NCBI GenBank assembly: GCA_951406725.2
Contig: OX597839.1
Span: 39,308,001 to 39,372,000 of the forward strand
Direction: 5' to 3'
Source: Octopus vulgaris
Taxonomy: Eukaryota
Length of the DNA stretch: 64,000 nt
The notes beneath the pieces were generated by a model. The model did not search any database. It worked only from the letters and a program-made list of their open reading frames with translations, and was not told the DNA's origin. This document shows, one piece after another, positions 13,720 to 26,468 of this stretch (within the stretch, counting starts at the first letter, position 1; each line of letters starts with the position of its first letter). The translations under genes were made by a program, and so were the position numbers.

Positions 13720-14757
13720 TTAAGTCCAAAACTTGTAAAAACGAAAGTAAGAGGTTCACTACCTCATTTTGTTATTGTGTAAAAAATAATAATGTTTCAA
13801 TTTGTAAATGGACTAGTAAGTCCAATAATTGTAAAAACAAATGTAAGAGGTTCAATACCTCGGTTTGATTTTTGTGTAAAAAAATAATTTTTTTAGAGAA
13901 GCAAAAAAAAAAAAAAAAAAAAAAATCGGCGGACATTTTTTGTCTTCTCCCATTAATATCATTTTATTTCATCATTCATCTCATCAATGTTTCTGTCCAG
14001 ACTGCAAGCTACTCTGTATCATGCCTTTATGGCAAAATTTTTTGAAATAATACAGAAGGGCATCCAACTCTAAAATTCATGCCAAAATAAACCTCACTGG
14101 TACTGGTGCCACGTAAAAAGCACTAAGTCAACTCTATGGGATGGTTGGTGTTGTGAAGGGTATCCTGCTGTAAAATTCATCCCAAAACAGACAGTGATGT
14201 CTTCTGGCTTGCCAGCTCTTGTCAGAATGTCCAACCCATGCCAGCATAGAAAACAGATGCTAAGTGGTGATGATGATGATAATATCTATATCTTTTATTT
14301 CTTTCATTCATTGAACTGCAGTCGTGAAGGGTTTTAGTCAAACAAATTGACCCCCAATATGTTTTATTTATTCTTCTTTTTTAAAGTCTGGTACTTATTC
14401 TATCAGTCACTTTTGCTGAACAGCTAAGTTATGAAGACATAAACAAATCGAAACCGGTTGTTAAGCAGTGGGGAGACAAACACACATACAAACAGATATA
14501 CACACAACAGGCTTCCACACAGTTTCCATCAACCAAATTCGCTTACAAAGCATTGGTTGGCCTGGGGCTATAGAAGAAATACTTGCCCAAGGAGCTGTGC
14601 AAGAGTAAATGCAAAATCCCATAGTGCAATCAAGCCTTTTAACCACCCAGCCATGCATATCTTCTTGTCTCCTCAATACACAAAGTAGAGTATATGATAT
14701 ATATAGATATATATATATATATATATATACATTGTTGCAACAGTCCTGTCACAACCT

Positions 14758-14801
14758 GGGACCTTGAAGACTGCTATAATGTATGAAAGTATACTAGTCC
14801 C
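14758..14801 (+). ncRNA. Degenerate minimal type I hammerhead-ribozyme-like motif (Penelope-type)
   Basis: GGGAC-CTTGAAGA-CTGC tataat GTAT-GAAA-GTATAC-TA-GTCCC: stem I GGGAC/GTCCC, near-canonical core with one extra U, and palindromic stem III. Confidence 0.5.
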
Positions 14802-15342
14802 CTAATATTTGATATTCAATATTTCATCTATTCAATAAGACAATCAATACTTCATTTCATTTTACTATATATATATTATTTATACTATATATTCTATATT
14901 CTACATTAATATTATAAAGAATATAAATATAACATAAAAAACAGAGTTAGAATTTCTTTGAATAATATATATCCCTCTATACACAATCATACAAACTCCT
15001 TTATACATATATATATATATATATATATATATGAAAATGAGTGCTCAACACTGCATTGGTGGATAGATTTTCGTTGTTTGTGAATTAAGGCTACTATTGG
15101 TTTCATGTAAAGAAAAATAGGGAAAGGCAGCAAGCTGGCAGAATTGTAAACACATTGGATGACCATGCTCAGTGATATTTCATCTGCCCTTAAGTCCTGA
15201 GTTCAAACTCTGCCAAGGTCGACTTTGCCTTTCATCCTTTACAGGGGAAGGCGATAAATTAAGTACCAGTTGCATACTGGGGTCGATGCAATCGACTATC
15301 TCCCTCCTCCAAATTTCAGGCCTTGTACAATTAGCAGAATGG

Positions 15343-15381
<39 letters not shown>

Positions 15382-15867
15382 ACGGGGTGCTGTATGACTA
15401 CGTTACCACCAGGTGGCTCACCATATTTTTAGAGATGTGCACAGAGTTGCATGCTGGGAATGAGAAGATTTGCTTGAATATTACAACAGTTCTGCCTTGC
15501 TGGGATGGTAGAGGCAGTAGTGGTGGTGGTGGCAGTGTAACTGGTACTGATAATGGAGGTGATGGTGGTAGTGATGGCAATATTAAAATTGATGATGTTG
15601 GCAACCGTAGTAGTAGTGATGGTGGTAGCGGCAGTAGTAGTGGTGGTGGTAGCAATAGTAGTGGTAGGGGTATGAGTGGGTGTTGAAGTATAGGCAGCAG
15701 TAGGTCAAGGAGGGTTGAGTATGTTCAACATAGCTGGTTGCTAGGCAGGTGCTTGTGTATATAATGATACACACACACACATGCATAGATGCACTGTTTG
15801 CTTACTCACTCTTGTGTATCTTAGCAGTTGTAAATGTCTGTGTGTCTTTTATGTGTGTGTGTGTGTA

Positions 15868-15899
<32 letters not shown>

Positions 15900-15949
15900 T
15901 ATACAAACGTGTGTGTGTGTGTGTGTGCACATGAACTGCATACATATGC

Positions 15950-16576
15950 ACTCTTATCTACTTTTACTACTTTCAGTTATTTGACTGCAGCCATGCTGGA
16001 GCACCGCCCTTTTTTGGTTAAACAAATGGACTTCAGGATTTATTCTTTGAAACCTAGTGCTTATTCTATCAGTTTTCTTTTGCCAAACCACTAAGTTACG
16101 GGGATATGAACACGCCAACATCAGTTGTCAAGTGGTTATAGCAGCACAAGCACAGATACAAAGACACACACAGCTATATATATATATATATACATATATA
16201 AACATACACATTCTTTTACTTGTTTCAGTCATTTGACTGCAGCCATGCTGAAGCACCACCTTTTAGTCGAGCAAATCGACCCCAGGACTTATTCTTTGCA
16301 AGCCTAGTACTTATGCCAAACTGCTAAGTTACGGGGACATAAACACACCAGCATCGCATGTCAAGCGATGTTGTGGGGGGTAAACACAGACACACAACCA
16401 CACACATGTATACAAAGGGCTTCTTTCAGTTTCCATCTACCAAATCCACTAACGAGGCTTTGGTTGGCCCGAGGCTATAGTAGAAGACACTTGCCCAAGA
16501 TGCCATGCAGTGGGACTGAACCCGGAACCATGTGGTTGGTAAGCAAGCTACTTACCACAGAACCACTCCTGTGCCT
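15950..16576 (-). mobile_element. Two adjacent SINE family A copies (one partial)
   Basis: Family A tail and body motifs occur twice (starting ~15950 and ~16211), with the head at ~16576. Confidence 0.75.
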
Positions 16577-16739
16577 ATATATATATATATATATATTTCG
16601 GTATGTGGTGAAGCAAATCTTTGCTGAACCCTAATTATAAAGTATTACTTAAGCTTACCATGAAATGGTCTTTTTCATGCCGAATTCTACTTGGTGAAAT
16701 TACTGATTACTTCTTAATTAATTAATTTTACCCTTTTTG

Positions 16740-16799
<60 letters not shown>

Positions 16800-17430
16800 T
16801 AACCCTATGCTCATCTAGTAAATTCAACTCAAGGTGTTGGGTGTCTTGATATTAGAGTCAAAGACAATGCACCTGAGGTGGTGGTGATGATGATGATGAT
16901 GCTGGTGACAGCGATGCGGTGGCAATGACCATGGTGATGTAACGTGCTAATGATGGTTGTGAAGACACTGATGGTGGTGGTGGTGGTGGTTGTTCCGGTG
17001 AAGTTTGTGATGATGGGGGATGATGATGTTGGTGGAGGGGGCAGGGGGTTGTTGTACATAAGATATGATAAGGCTGTTACGTGTGTTCATGATTTCTGCA
17101 TATAATACTTATATATATTATATATGTGTGTGTGTGTGTGTGCATGTGTATAGATATATATATATATAAGAGAGAGGGAGAGATTAGAAATTATATATAC
17201 ATATAAGTAGATAATTCTCTCTCTCTATATATATACATACATACATACATACATACATATATGTGTGTGAATTCACATACACATATATGTATTTATATAG
17301 TTATAGATTTGTACATGTATATGTGTATATATGTATCTATCTATATGTACATACATGTTTGAATGTGTGTGTAAATATATATGTTTAGACATTTGTGTAT
17401 GTGCATATATATATACATGTAAATAGTATA

Positions 17431-17463
<33 letters not shown>

Positions 17464-17583
17464 GTATATATCTATATGTACATACATGTTTGTATGTGTG
17501 TAAATATATATATATATATATATGTTTAGATATTTGTGTATGTGCATATATATATACATGTAAATAGTATATGTATATGTGAG

Positions 17584-17618
<35 letters not shown>

Positions 17619-19839
17619 CTATATGTACATACATGTTTGTATGTGTGTGAAATTATATATATATGTGTTTAGATATTTGTGTATGTGTATATATACATGT
17701 AAATAGTGAAATAGTGTAAAATATATAAATATACGTTTATACATATATGTAAGTATATACATATACATACACACACACACACGTGCAATATTTTATGTTT
17801 AAATTTTGTGAAAACAGAAATTTCCAATAAGTTGCCGTCAGCACAGCTCGGGGAGTAAGCTAAACACTCTCATTTATGATAAAAGAGAATATAAGACAGC
17901 CACTGTGCCTCCCCACTAGTCAGCACCACACCCAACCACACACACCCACACTAGACCCTCTCTCCACCCAACAAAATCACAACAACAAATCGGTAAACAT
18001 AATAATTGAATAATATAATGCAAAAAAAAAGAACTCAAACAATAAAAAAAATGACAAAGGAAAAAAAGACAGACAAAAACAAAAGAAAAAGAAACTATAC
18101 AAATAAACATGAATGAATACGATCATGATGATGATACTGATGATGGTGATGATGGTAATGGTGGGGGTTGTGATGGTGCTCCTGTTGATGATGATGATGA
18201 TGATGATGATGTGGTCATGATGTTTATAATGAAGTTCTTATTTATAATAACGATGATGGTGGTGGGGGGGGAGTGGTGTTGGTGATAGTGGTCTTGTCTA
18301 TGATGCTGATGATGATGATGATGATGATGGTGATGACAGTGACAGATAATGATGGTTAAGGTGGTAGTGGTGGTGGTAGTGGTGGTGGTGGTGGTGGTGG
18401 TAATAATGCTGGAAGCATATTTTTTTTATGTTTTAGTCCTTGGACTGTGGCCATGCTGGTGCACCACCTAAAATTGGCTTCCTTTTTTTTTTCAGTCAAA
18501 CAAATCGATACCCTGGTACTTTGATTATTTTTGATTTTTTCTTTTGCTTTAAATTCTGGTTTTTAATCTATGTCTCTTCTGAGGAACCGTTAAGCCACGA
18601 GGATGTAAACAGACCAACACCAGTTATTAAGTGGGAAGTAGGACAAACATCATCTCCTCCCCCAAATACACACACACATACACACCTGACAGGCTGCCGC
18701 AGTTTCCAACTACTAACTATTCTCACAAGGCACTGGTCAGCCTGGAGCAATAGCAGAAGCAGACGATGACTAGCCCAAGGTGCCAGATGGAGGGACTGAA
18801 CCCAAAACCACATGGTTAGAAACTAAGCTTCACAACCACACAGCCATATACATGATGATGATGATGATGATTGAAGTAGTGGCGATAGTAGTGATGGTCA
18901 CTTGTGGAGAGGAAATAGTGGTGGTAGTGATCATGATCACACAGCTGTTATTGCTGTTGTTTAGCATCCACCCCACCCACCCCTGCATCCCAGATTCATT
19001 TCAAGCTGACCTTCCTTTGAAAGAAGTTCCAGCCATGACCATCCCGTCTGTTTCTTATGCATAAGGAACACATGTCCATGTTATCTAACATGTCAGTTTC
19101 TTTTCTGAAACAGTAACAGTACGAGTGATCTGAGTGAGGGCCGGCTGCTACATCTAGCAAGCTGTATGACCATGTAAAGCCTCCCTGTTGGCTTGATTAA
19201 ACGACACTTATTGAAGATGGTGATGGGGATAGTGATGACGATGGTGATGGGGTTTGAGGATTATGATGACGATGGTGGCACTGTTGATGAACACGATGAT
19301 GGTTGTGGTGAACATAGCGGAGGCAGTGGTGGTGGTGGTGATGAACATGGTGCTGGGGGCGATGGTAACAATATACATGGCGGATGGTGATGGTGGTAAC
19401 AGCAACAGAATAAATGTGGTGGTGGTGGTAGTAGTGTGGTGGTGGTAATAGTGGTGGTGGTAGTAGTGATGGTGGTAGTAGTGGTGGTGGTAGTAATAGT
19501 GATGGTGGTAGTAGTGATGGTGGTAGTAGTAGTGGTGGTAGTAGTAGTGGTGGTAGTAGTGATGATGGTAGTAGTGGTTGTGGTAGTAGTAGTGGTGGTA
19601 GTAGTAGTGATGGTAGTAGTGGTGGTGGTAGTAGTGATGGTGGTAGTAGTGGTTGTGGTAGTAGTGGTGGTGGTAGTAGTGGTTGTGGTAGTAGTGGTGG
19701 TGGTGGTAGTAGTAGTGGTGGTGGTAGTAGTAGTGGCTGCAGCATCAGTGGTATTGGTGGTAGTTGTGGTGGTATAACCTTTTGTTAAATATATATTACA
19801 TACAGAATTTCGTTACAAGAAACTGCAACGACGATAATA

Positions 19840-19888
<49 letters not shown>

Positions 19889-20370
19889 GGAACGCTGGCG
19901 GTGCCGTCCATAATGGACATTATGACTGTGATGGTTAAAATGGCAGCAGTGGCAGTGGCGCTGATGGCGGTGGTGGCGGTGGTGGTGAGGCTGGCGAAAG
20001 CTTTTGTTTTATTCTCCAAGTCTGCTAGAAGAAACGATGGCGCCATTCCATCCCGTCTCACCACAAAACTTATTAACATCTCAGAACTGTTTATGGTTTT
20101 TATTGATTACAGTTTCTCTTAGAAGTACCGATTACAAAGACAGAATTCACTGCTGATCTGTTTCTGGTGTGTGTGGAGGGGGTGGATGGGGTGTGGGGGT
20201 GTGTGGAGAGGGGTGCATGCGTGTGGTGGTGGTGGGCCAGGTTGGGTTTGGTTCGGTGTGGTTTGTGTGTGTGTGTGTGGTGGGGTATATGCTATGTTTG
20301 ATATACATGTATATTTGTGTACATATACCCAATGTTCACCCGTGTGTATGTATATATACGTGTGTGTATA

Positions 20371-20413
<43 letters not shown>

Positions 20414-20456
20414 GTAAATGTGCATGTGTGTGTATGTATATATACGTGTGTGTATA

Positions 20457-20487
<31 letters not shown>

Positions 20488-21536
20488 GTATGTATGTATG
20501 TAAATGTTTGTGTGTATGTGTGTGCAATGTACATATGCGTGTATATGTGTATGTGTGAATATATGTATGCGTGTATATGTACATGTGTGTGTTTGTGTAT
20601 ATAAATATGTATGTATATATAAGTATGTATATGTGTGGGTGTGTATATATGTACACGTAAATACGTGTGTACATGTAAATATGTGTAGTTGTGTGTGTGT
20701 GTGTGTGTGTATGTGTGGACGTAAGCGAGATGGGAGAGTAAAGGCAAAGAGCCGAGACAGCATGTCTGTGGAAGAATGGCTAGACTACGTTAACAAGAGA
20801 CCTCTATGTCATTCAATCAAGTGTCCTTTCCCTTGATGCAGTCTGGGATCTCAGAGTGTCTAACAGCAGGGACCATCCTGGATGTAGGATCAGTAATTCT
20901 ATTGAGGGGGTCATCTCAGCTTTGTTAAGTAGCTTTGTTGTTTTTCTTGTCTTTTTTTGCTTGTTTATTTGTTTCAGTTATTTGACTATGGTCAAGCTGG
21001 AGCACTGCCCGAAAGAGTTTTGTTCAGTGATTCTGAACCACTTTTTTTTTTTTTGACTTATGGACTCCTTAGATTCTTAGGGAATGAGATAGGGCAGGAG
21101 ATGTGAATGTACCCACTAAAATTTTTGTAGGACAATGAAAACACTTCGAACCGGATGTGGATTTGCATCTGCTAAGCCAATTTCTTCCCACACTTATGTT
21201 CACAGCCAATGGTCTGTTTTTGTTGGGATTAGGAAGGGCTCCACAAAGACCCACACCAATCCACCAGAAAATTGTGTCAGCAGATGGGATGTGATACCTA
21301 TTTCTTTACTACCCACAAGGGGCTAAACACAGAGGAGACAAACAAGGACAGACAAACGGATTAAGTCGATTAGATCGACCCCAGTGCGTAACTGGTACTT
21401 ATTTAATTGACCCCGAAAGGATGAAAGGCAAAATCGACCTCGGCGGAATTTGAACTCAGAACGTAACGGCAGACGAAATTCGGCTACGCATTTCGCCCGG
21501 CATGCTAACGTTTCTGCCAGCTCGCTCACCTGTGAT

Positions 21537-21821
21537 ACCATTGTCTGTCACCTCCACTAGATGAATAAGGTCCAGAAACTAAATGTATGGGTACCATATG
21601 GTCACCACAAAGGAAACAAAACAACTGCACTCCTCCATCTGTCAACCCCAGCTTGCTCTTTCAACATCAAACCACTCATGTGTGCAAACAAATGGGGTTT
21701 TTTTAATGGAAAATGGTGTCTTAATTTCAATATGAAACTGAGGAAAGAATGATTTAATCCCAACAAGCAAGCTATACCTCAAGCCAAGCCAGAGTTACAT
21801 GACCACAAGACTATGATCTAT
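21537..21821 (+). pseudogene. Decayed mariner (DD34D-type) transposase fragment
   Basis: TIVCHLH*MNKVQKLNVWVPY (WVPHEL-like), then GKWCLNFNMKLRKE*FNPNKQAIPQAKPELHDHKTMI (region after DEKW). Contains stops. Confidence 0.8.
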
Positions 21822-21824
21822 GAT

Positions 21825-22228
21825 AGGAGTGGCTGTGTGGTAAGTAGCTTGCTAACCAACCACATGGTTCCGGGTTCAGTCCCACTGCGTGGCATCTTGG
21901 GCAAGTGTCTTCAGCTATAGCCCCGGGCCGACCAATGCCTTGTGAGTGGATTTGGTAGACGGAAACTGAAAGAAGCCCGTCGTATATATGTATATATATA
22001 TATATGTGTGTGTTTGTGTGTCTGTGTTTGTCCCCCTAGCATTGCTTGACAACCGATGCTGGTGTATTTACGTCCCCGTACACTTAGCGGTTCAGCAAAA
22101 AAAAAAAGACCGATAGAATAAGTACTGGGCTTACAAAGAATAAGTCCCGGGGTCGATTGCTCGACTAAAGGCGGTGCTCCAGCATGGCCGCAGTCAAATG
22201 ACTGAAACAAGTAAAAGAGTAAAAGAGT
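21825..22228 (+). mobile_element. SINE family A
   Basis: Full-length match. It truncates the mariner fossil on its left. Confidence 0.85.
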
Positions 22229-22629
22229 ATGTATATATGACGAACCTGGTGCAGTTCTTTGGCTTACAAGTTCCGGTCAAACCGTCTAACCCATGATGAT
22301 GATGATGCATATACATATGCACATGTGTGGTTGTATATATATATATATATATACACATATATATATACATGTATGCCTATATACAATCTCGTACATATAT
22401 GTATATGTAGCTTGCAGGGTGATAGAGGGGAATGAGAGCAAAGTCATGTTCAGCCTACGTAAGCTTAAATCTTTACCCCCAAATGTGTGTAGATATATAT
22501 GTATGTGTGTATAAACATATATGTGCATATATAGATATATGTATGTGTGTGTGTATGTGTATTCACATATTTACTTTGATAAATAAGCTCATCTCTTCAT
22601 CTGTCCATGTTTCTGTGCGTGGATGTGTT

Positions 22630-22665
<36 letters not shown>

Positions 22666-22959
22666 TTTATGTATGTACACTGCTATATAATGCTGGAGAG
22701 AGGAGGTGGAAGGTAGGGTGAGAGAGGATGTAGGTGCACATGGGAAAACATCATCCCCTTCATCTTCGAGGATTCTGGTGAGATGAGAATCCTAGCAACC
22801 ACAGACAGGATTAGACATGTTCTTGACAATGTAGCAATCAGTACAATATCGTGTGTACAGACACACACATATGCACACAGATACTATGCATAACACATCA
22901 AATATACATTCATACAAAATATACATTTGTATATCAAACAGATTTCATCTTTCTCATTC

Positions 22960-22994
<35 letters not shown>

Positions 22995-23029
22995 TGTGTG
23001 AGATAGAATGAGAAAAGATGAAATCTGTT

Positions 23030-23378
23030 TGGGAAGCCAGCGCCGCCTCGACTGGCTTCCGTGTCGGTGGCACGTAAAAAGCACCATCCGAATCGTGGCA
23101 GAAGCCAGTGCCGCCTCGACTGGCTTCCGTGCAGGTGGCACGTAAAATGCACCAATCCGACCGTGGCCGATGCCAGCCTCGCCTGGCACCAGTGCAGGTG
23201 GCACGTAAAAAGCACCCACTACACTCACGGAGTGGTTGGCATTAGGAAGGGCATCCAGCTGTAGAAACACTGCCAGATAAGACCGGAGCCTGGTGCAGCC
23301 TTCTGGCTTCCCAGATCCCCGGTCGAACCGTCCAACCCATGCTAGCATGGAGAATGGACGTTAAACGATGATGATGAT
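23030..23378 (+). mobile_element. 5'-truncated RTE 3' UTR copy with internal ~67-bp repeats
   Basis: GGTGGCACGTAAAA occurs three times, and the copy ends ggacgttaaac(gat)n. Confidence 0.7.
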
Positions 23379-23798
23379 ACAAATGTATATTTGTATATCA
23401 AACGTGGGTGTATGTGCGTGAGAACATGTATGTTTAATTATGTAAGTATTGATATGTATGTGTATACACCCCCACACATAAAATTACTGAAACAAAGGCA
23501 GCGCATTTTGAGAGAAATATGGCAACAAAAGGGTTAAAGTGATCTAGATTAAAACCTTCCATCAAAATTTCAGTTTAATTCATGATGCAAACACCAGCTT
23601 CATAATTGGCACTCCATCAGTTATTGCGACAAGCATGCAAGTTGATCCGATCAACGGAACAGCCTGCTCATTAATTTGCAAGTGGCTGAGCACTCCACAG
23701 ACACATCATCATCATCATCATCATTTAACGTCCGTTGTCCATACCAGTGCAGTTGTCTCCCTTGCATACCACATCTGATGCCCCTTATGTACTCTTAA

Positions 23799-24019
23799 CC
23801 CTTTAGTGTTCTGATTATTCTGCAAAAGTTAATGCTTTTTTATCCACATTGTTTTGAACTAATCATGCATTATCTTGTAGCTATGAGATTTTGATGAGGT
23901 AGCTGTTAATTTTTAAAATGATATTGTAGGGTTGGTGTGAAAGACCAGATCGGGCCAGTTTGGACATAAAACAGGCAGAATACTTTTGGCCGGATATGGC
24001 TGGTTTAAATGCTAAAGGG
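23799..24019. mobile_element. piggyBac-like MITE, family 2, inserted into a tRNA-Arg-like SINE
   Basis: TTAA TSD at 23795-23798 and 24020-24023. It sits at the cccTTAAcgtagttctc site seen intact in other SINE copies (for example ~26962). Confidence 0.75.
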
Positions 24020-24357
24020 TTAATGTAGTTCTCAGGGGGGAATCAGCATGACACAGAATGTGACATGGCTGGCCCTTTGAATCTACTGGTACAACTCATT
24101 TTTGCCAGCTGAGTGGACTGGGGCACCATGACATAAAATGTCCTGCTCAAAGACACATCACACTGCCAGGAATTGAACTCGTGATCTTGTGGTCATTAGC
24201 TGAATACCCTAATCATTAAACCACATTTAATAATCACAAAGTTATGTCAATATATTCTTAATTATTTCCAAAATCAACTGAATGTGTATTTCTGCAGGAA
24301 TATGGTAAGAAAAGGGTTAACCACATTATCAAGACAAGCATAGTTATGCAAATACTA

Positions 24358-24758
24358 GGGAGTGGCTGTGTGGTAAGTAGCTTGCTAACCAACCACATGG
24401 TTCCAGGTTCAGTCCCACTGGGTGACATCTTGGGCAAGTATCTTCTGCTATAGCCCTGGGCCGACCAATGCCTTGTGAGTGGATTTGGTAGACGGAAACT
24501 GAAAGAAGCCTGTCGTATATATGTATGTATATATGTGTATGTGTGTGTGTTTGTGTGTCTGTGTTTGTCCCCCTAGCATTGCTTGACAACCGATGCTGAT
24601 GTGTTTACGTCCCCCGTCACTTAGCGGTTCGGCAAAAGAGACTGATAGAATAAGTACTGGGCTTACAAAGAATAAGTCCTGGGATCGATTTGCTCGATTA
24701 AAAGGCGGTGCTCCAGCATGGCCACAGTCAAATGACTGAAACAAGTAAAAGAGTAAAA
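24358..24758 (+). mobile_element. SINE family A
   Basis: Full-length match. Confidence 0.85.
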
Positions 24759-24974
24759 TAAGATAAATTAATTTATTCCTAAATTTGCATTCCTCAATGA
24801 AAAGCTGTAAGCAAGAAATCCCTGTGGATGCACAATGAGTAATTTTCCTTCTGATAAAACTTCAAGAAGACAAGAAACTAGTCAGATTAATACTGCATTT
24901 TATCTGTCTCCAGGGAGTTAAACCCAGTGAGGGTGAAATGTTTATTAAAAATAAAGGCACATTTTGTCTTTCAA

Positions 24975-25012
<38 letters not shown>

Positions 25013-25337
25013 GTGTGCGTGTGTGACTCAGAAACCTCTGTAGAGTGGTTGGCATTAGGAAAGGCATCTTGCCATAGGCATGTATATATAAATATACATA
25101 CCTATGGCGGCGAGCTGGCAGATGCGTTAGCACGCCGGGCGAAATGCTTTGCGGTATTTCGTCTGCCGTTATGTTGTGAGTTCAAATTCTGCCAAGGTCG
25201 ACTTTGCCTTTCATCCTTTCGGGGTCGATATAATCGACTTAATCCCTTTGTCTGTCCTTGTTCGTCCCCTCTATGTTTAGCCCCTTGTGGGTAGTAAAGA
25301 AATAGGTATGTATATATTAATATATGGATGTGAGGAG

Positions 25338-25716
25338 TGGAGGCATAATGGCCCAGTGGTTAGGGCAACGGACTCGCAGTCATAGGATCACGGTTTCAAT
25401 TCTCAGACCAGGCATGGAGAGTGTTTATTGAGTGAAAACACCTAAGGCTCCACGAGGCTCCAGCAGTGGGTGGTGGCAAACCCTTGCTGTACTCTTTCAC
25501 CACAACTTTATCTCACCCTATCTTCCTGTTTCTGTTGTACCTGTATTTCAAAGGGCCAACCTTATCACACTCTGTGTCACGCTGAATCTCCCCGAGAACT
25601 ACGTTAAGGGTACACGTGTCTGTGGAGTATTCAGCCCACTTGCATGTTAATTTCATGAGCAGGCTGTTCTGTTGATCGATCAACTGGAACCCTCGTCGTC
25701 GTAACTGACGGAGTGA
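25338..25716 (+). mobile_element. tRNA-Arg-like SINE family C
   Basis: Head tggcccagtggttagggcaacggactcgcagtc...ggtttcaattc. Reverse copies at ~23606-24225, 26880-27230, 27245-27547 and 28868-29221. Confidence 0.8.
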
Positions 25717-25753
25717 GGGAGAATGGATGCGAGGATGCATATATACATACATA

Positions 25754-25979
25754 CAGAGGTTGGACAAAATAATGAGAGCACCTTGCATCACAGCATCATA
25801 ATTTTTGAAATATCTATAAAACCGTCAAAAGCTTGTTTATTTCTATGTTTTTTGATTTATTATTAGTGTTGCTTAATATGTTTTGCTAAAATTGCTATTT
25901 CTTTTCAGACATCATTAGAGAAAGGTAATTAAAGTTCATTAAAATGACAGATCTATCGGGCTTTCAAAGAGGTCAAATT
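25754..25979 (+). mobile_element. Tc1-like transposon left end
   Basis: TA|CAGAGGTTGGACAAAATAATG terminus and an ATG at 25944 reading MTDLSGFQRGQI, a typical Tc1-like N-terminus. Truncated after that. Confidence 0.7.
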
Positions 25980-26431
25980 AGCAGGCAGCAGTATCTTGTA
26001 ATATCTAGCAAACATTCTGCTATTGTGTTCTGAGGTTATATTCTACCGAGGTGGACTTTGCCTTTCATTCTTCTCCAGGCGCAACGGGAGTCCATTAGCT
26101 CAGCCATTCCCACCGACCAAGACATTTCTTATCTTGTGTCACCACCACCACCACCACCACCACTACCTCCATCATCTTAGTTTGTAGTAGAAGAAAAGAA
26201 GTTTGTTAGTTGGCCCCTCGCTGTTCCTATATTTGGACACCCTATCTACCCTTAACACACCTGCATTCCACCCATCCTTATGTACCCCTCCACCACCCCC
26301 ACCCCCACCGACCTATACTATATTGATGGTTGTTTACGTTGTTGAGTAATGACTAAGATAACACTTCAGATTTATTTTTTCTCTTTCTCCTTCACACACA
26401 CACACACACATACACACACACACACACACTG

Positions 26432-26468
<37 letters not shown>

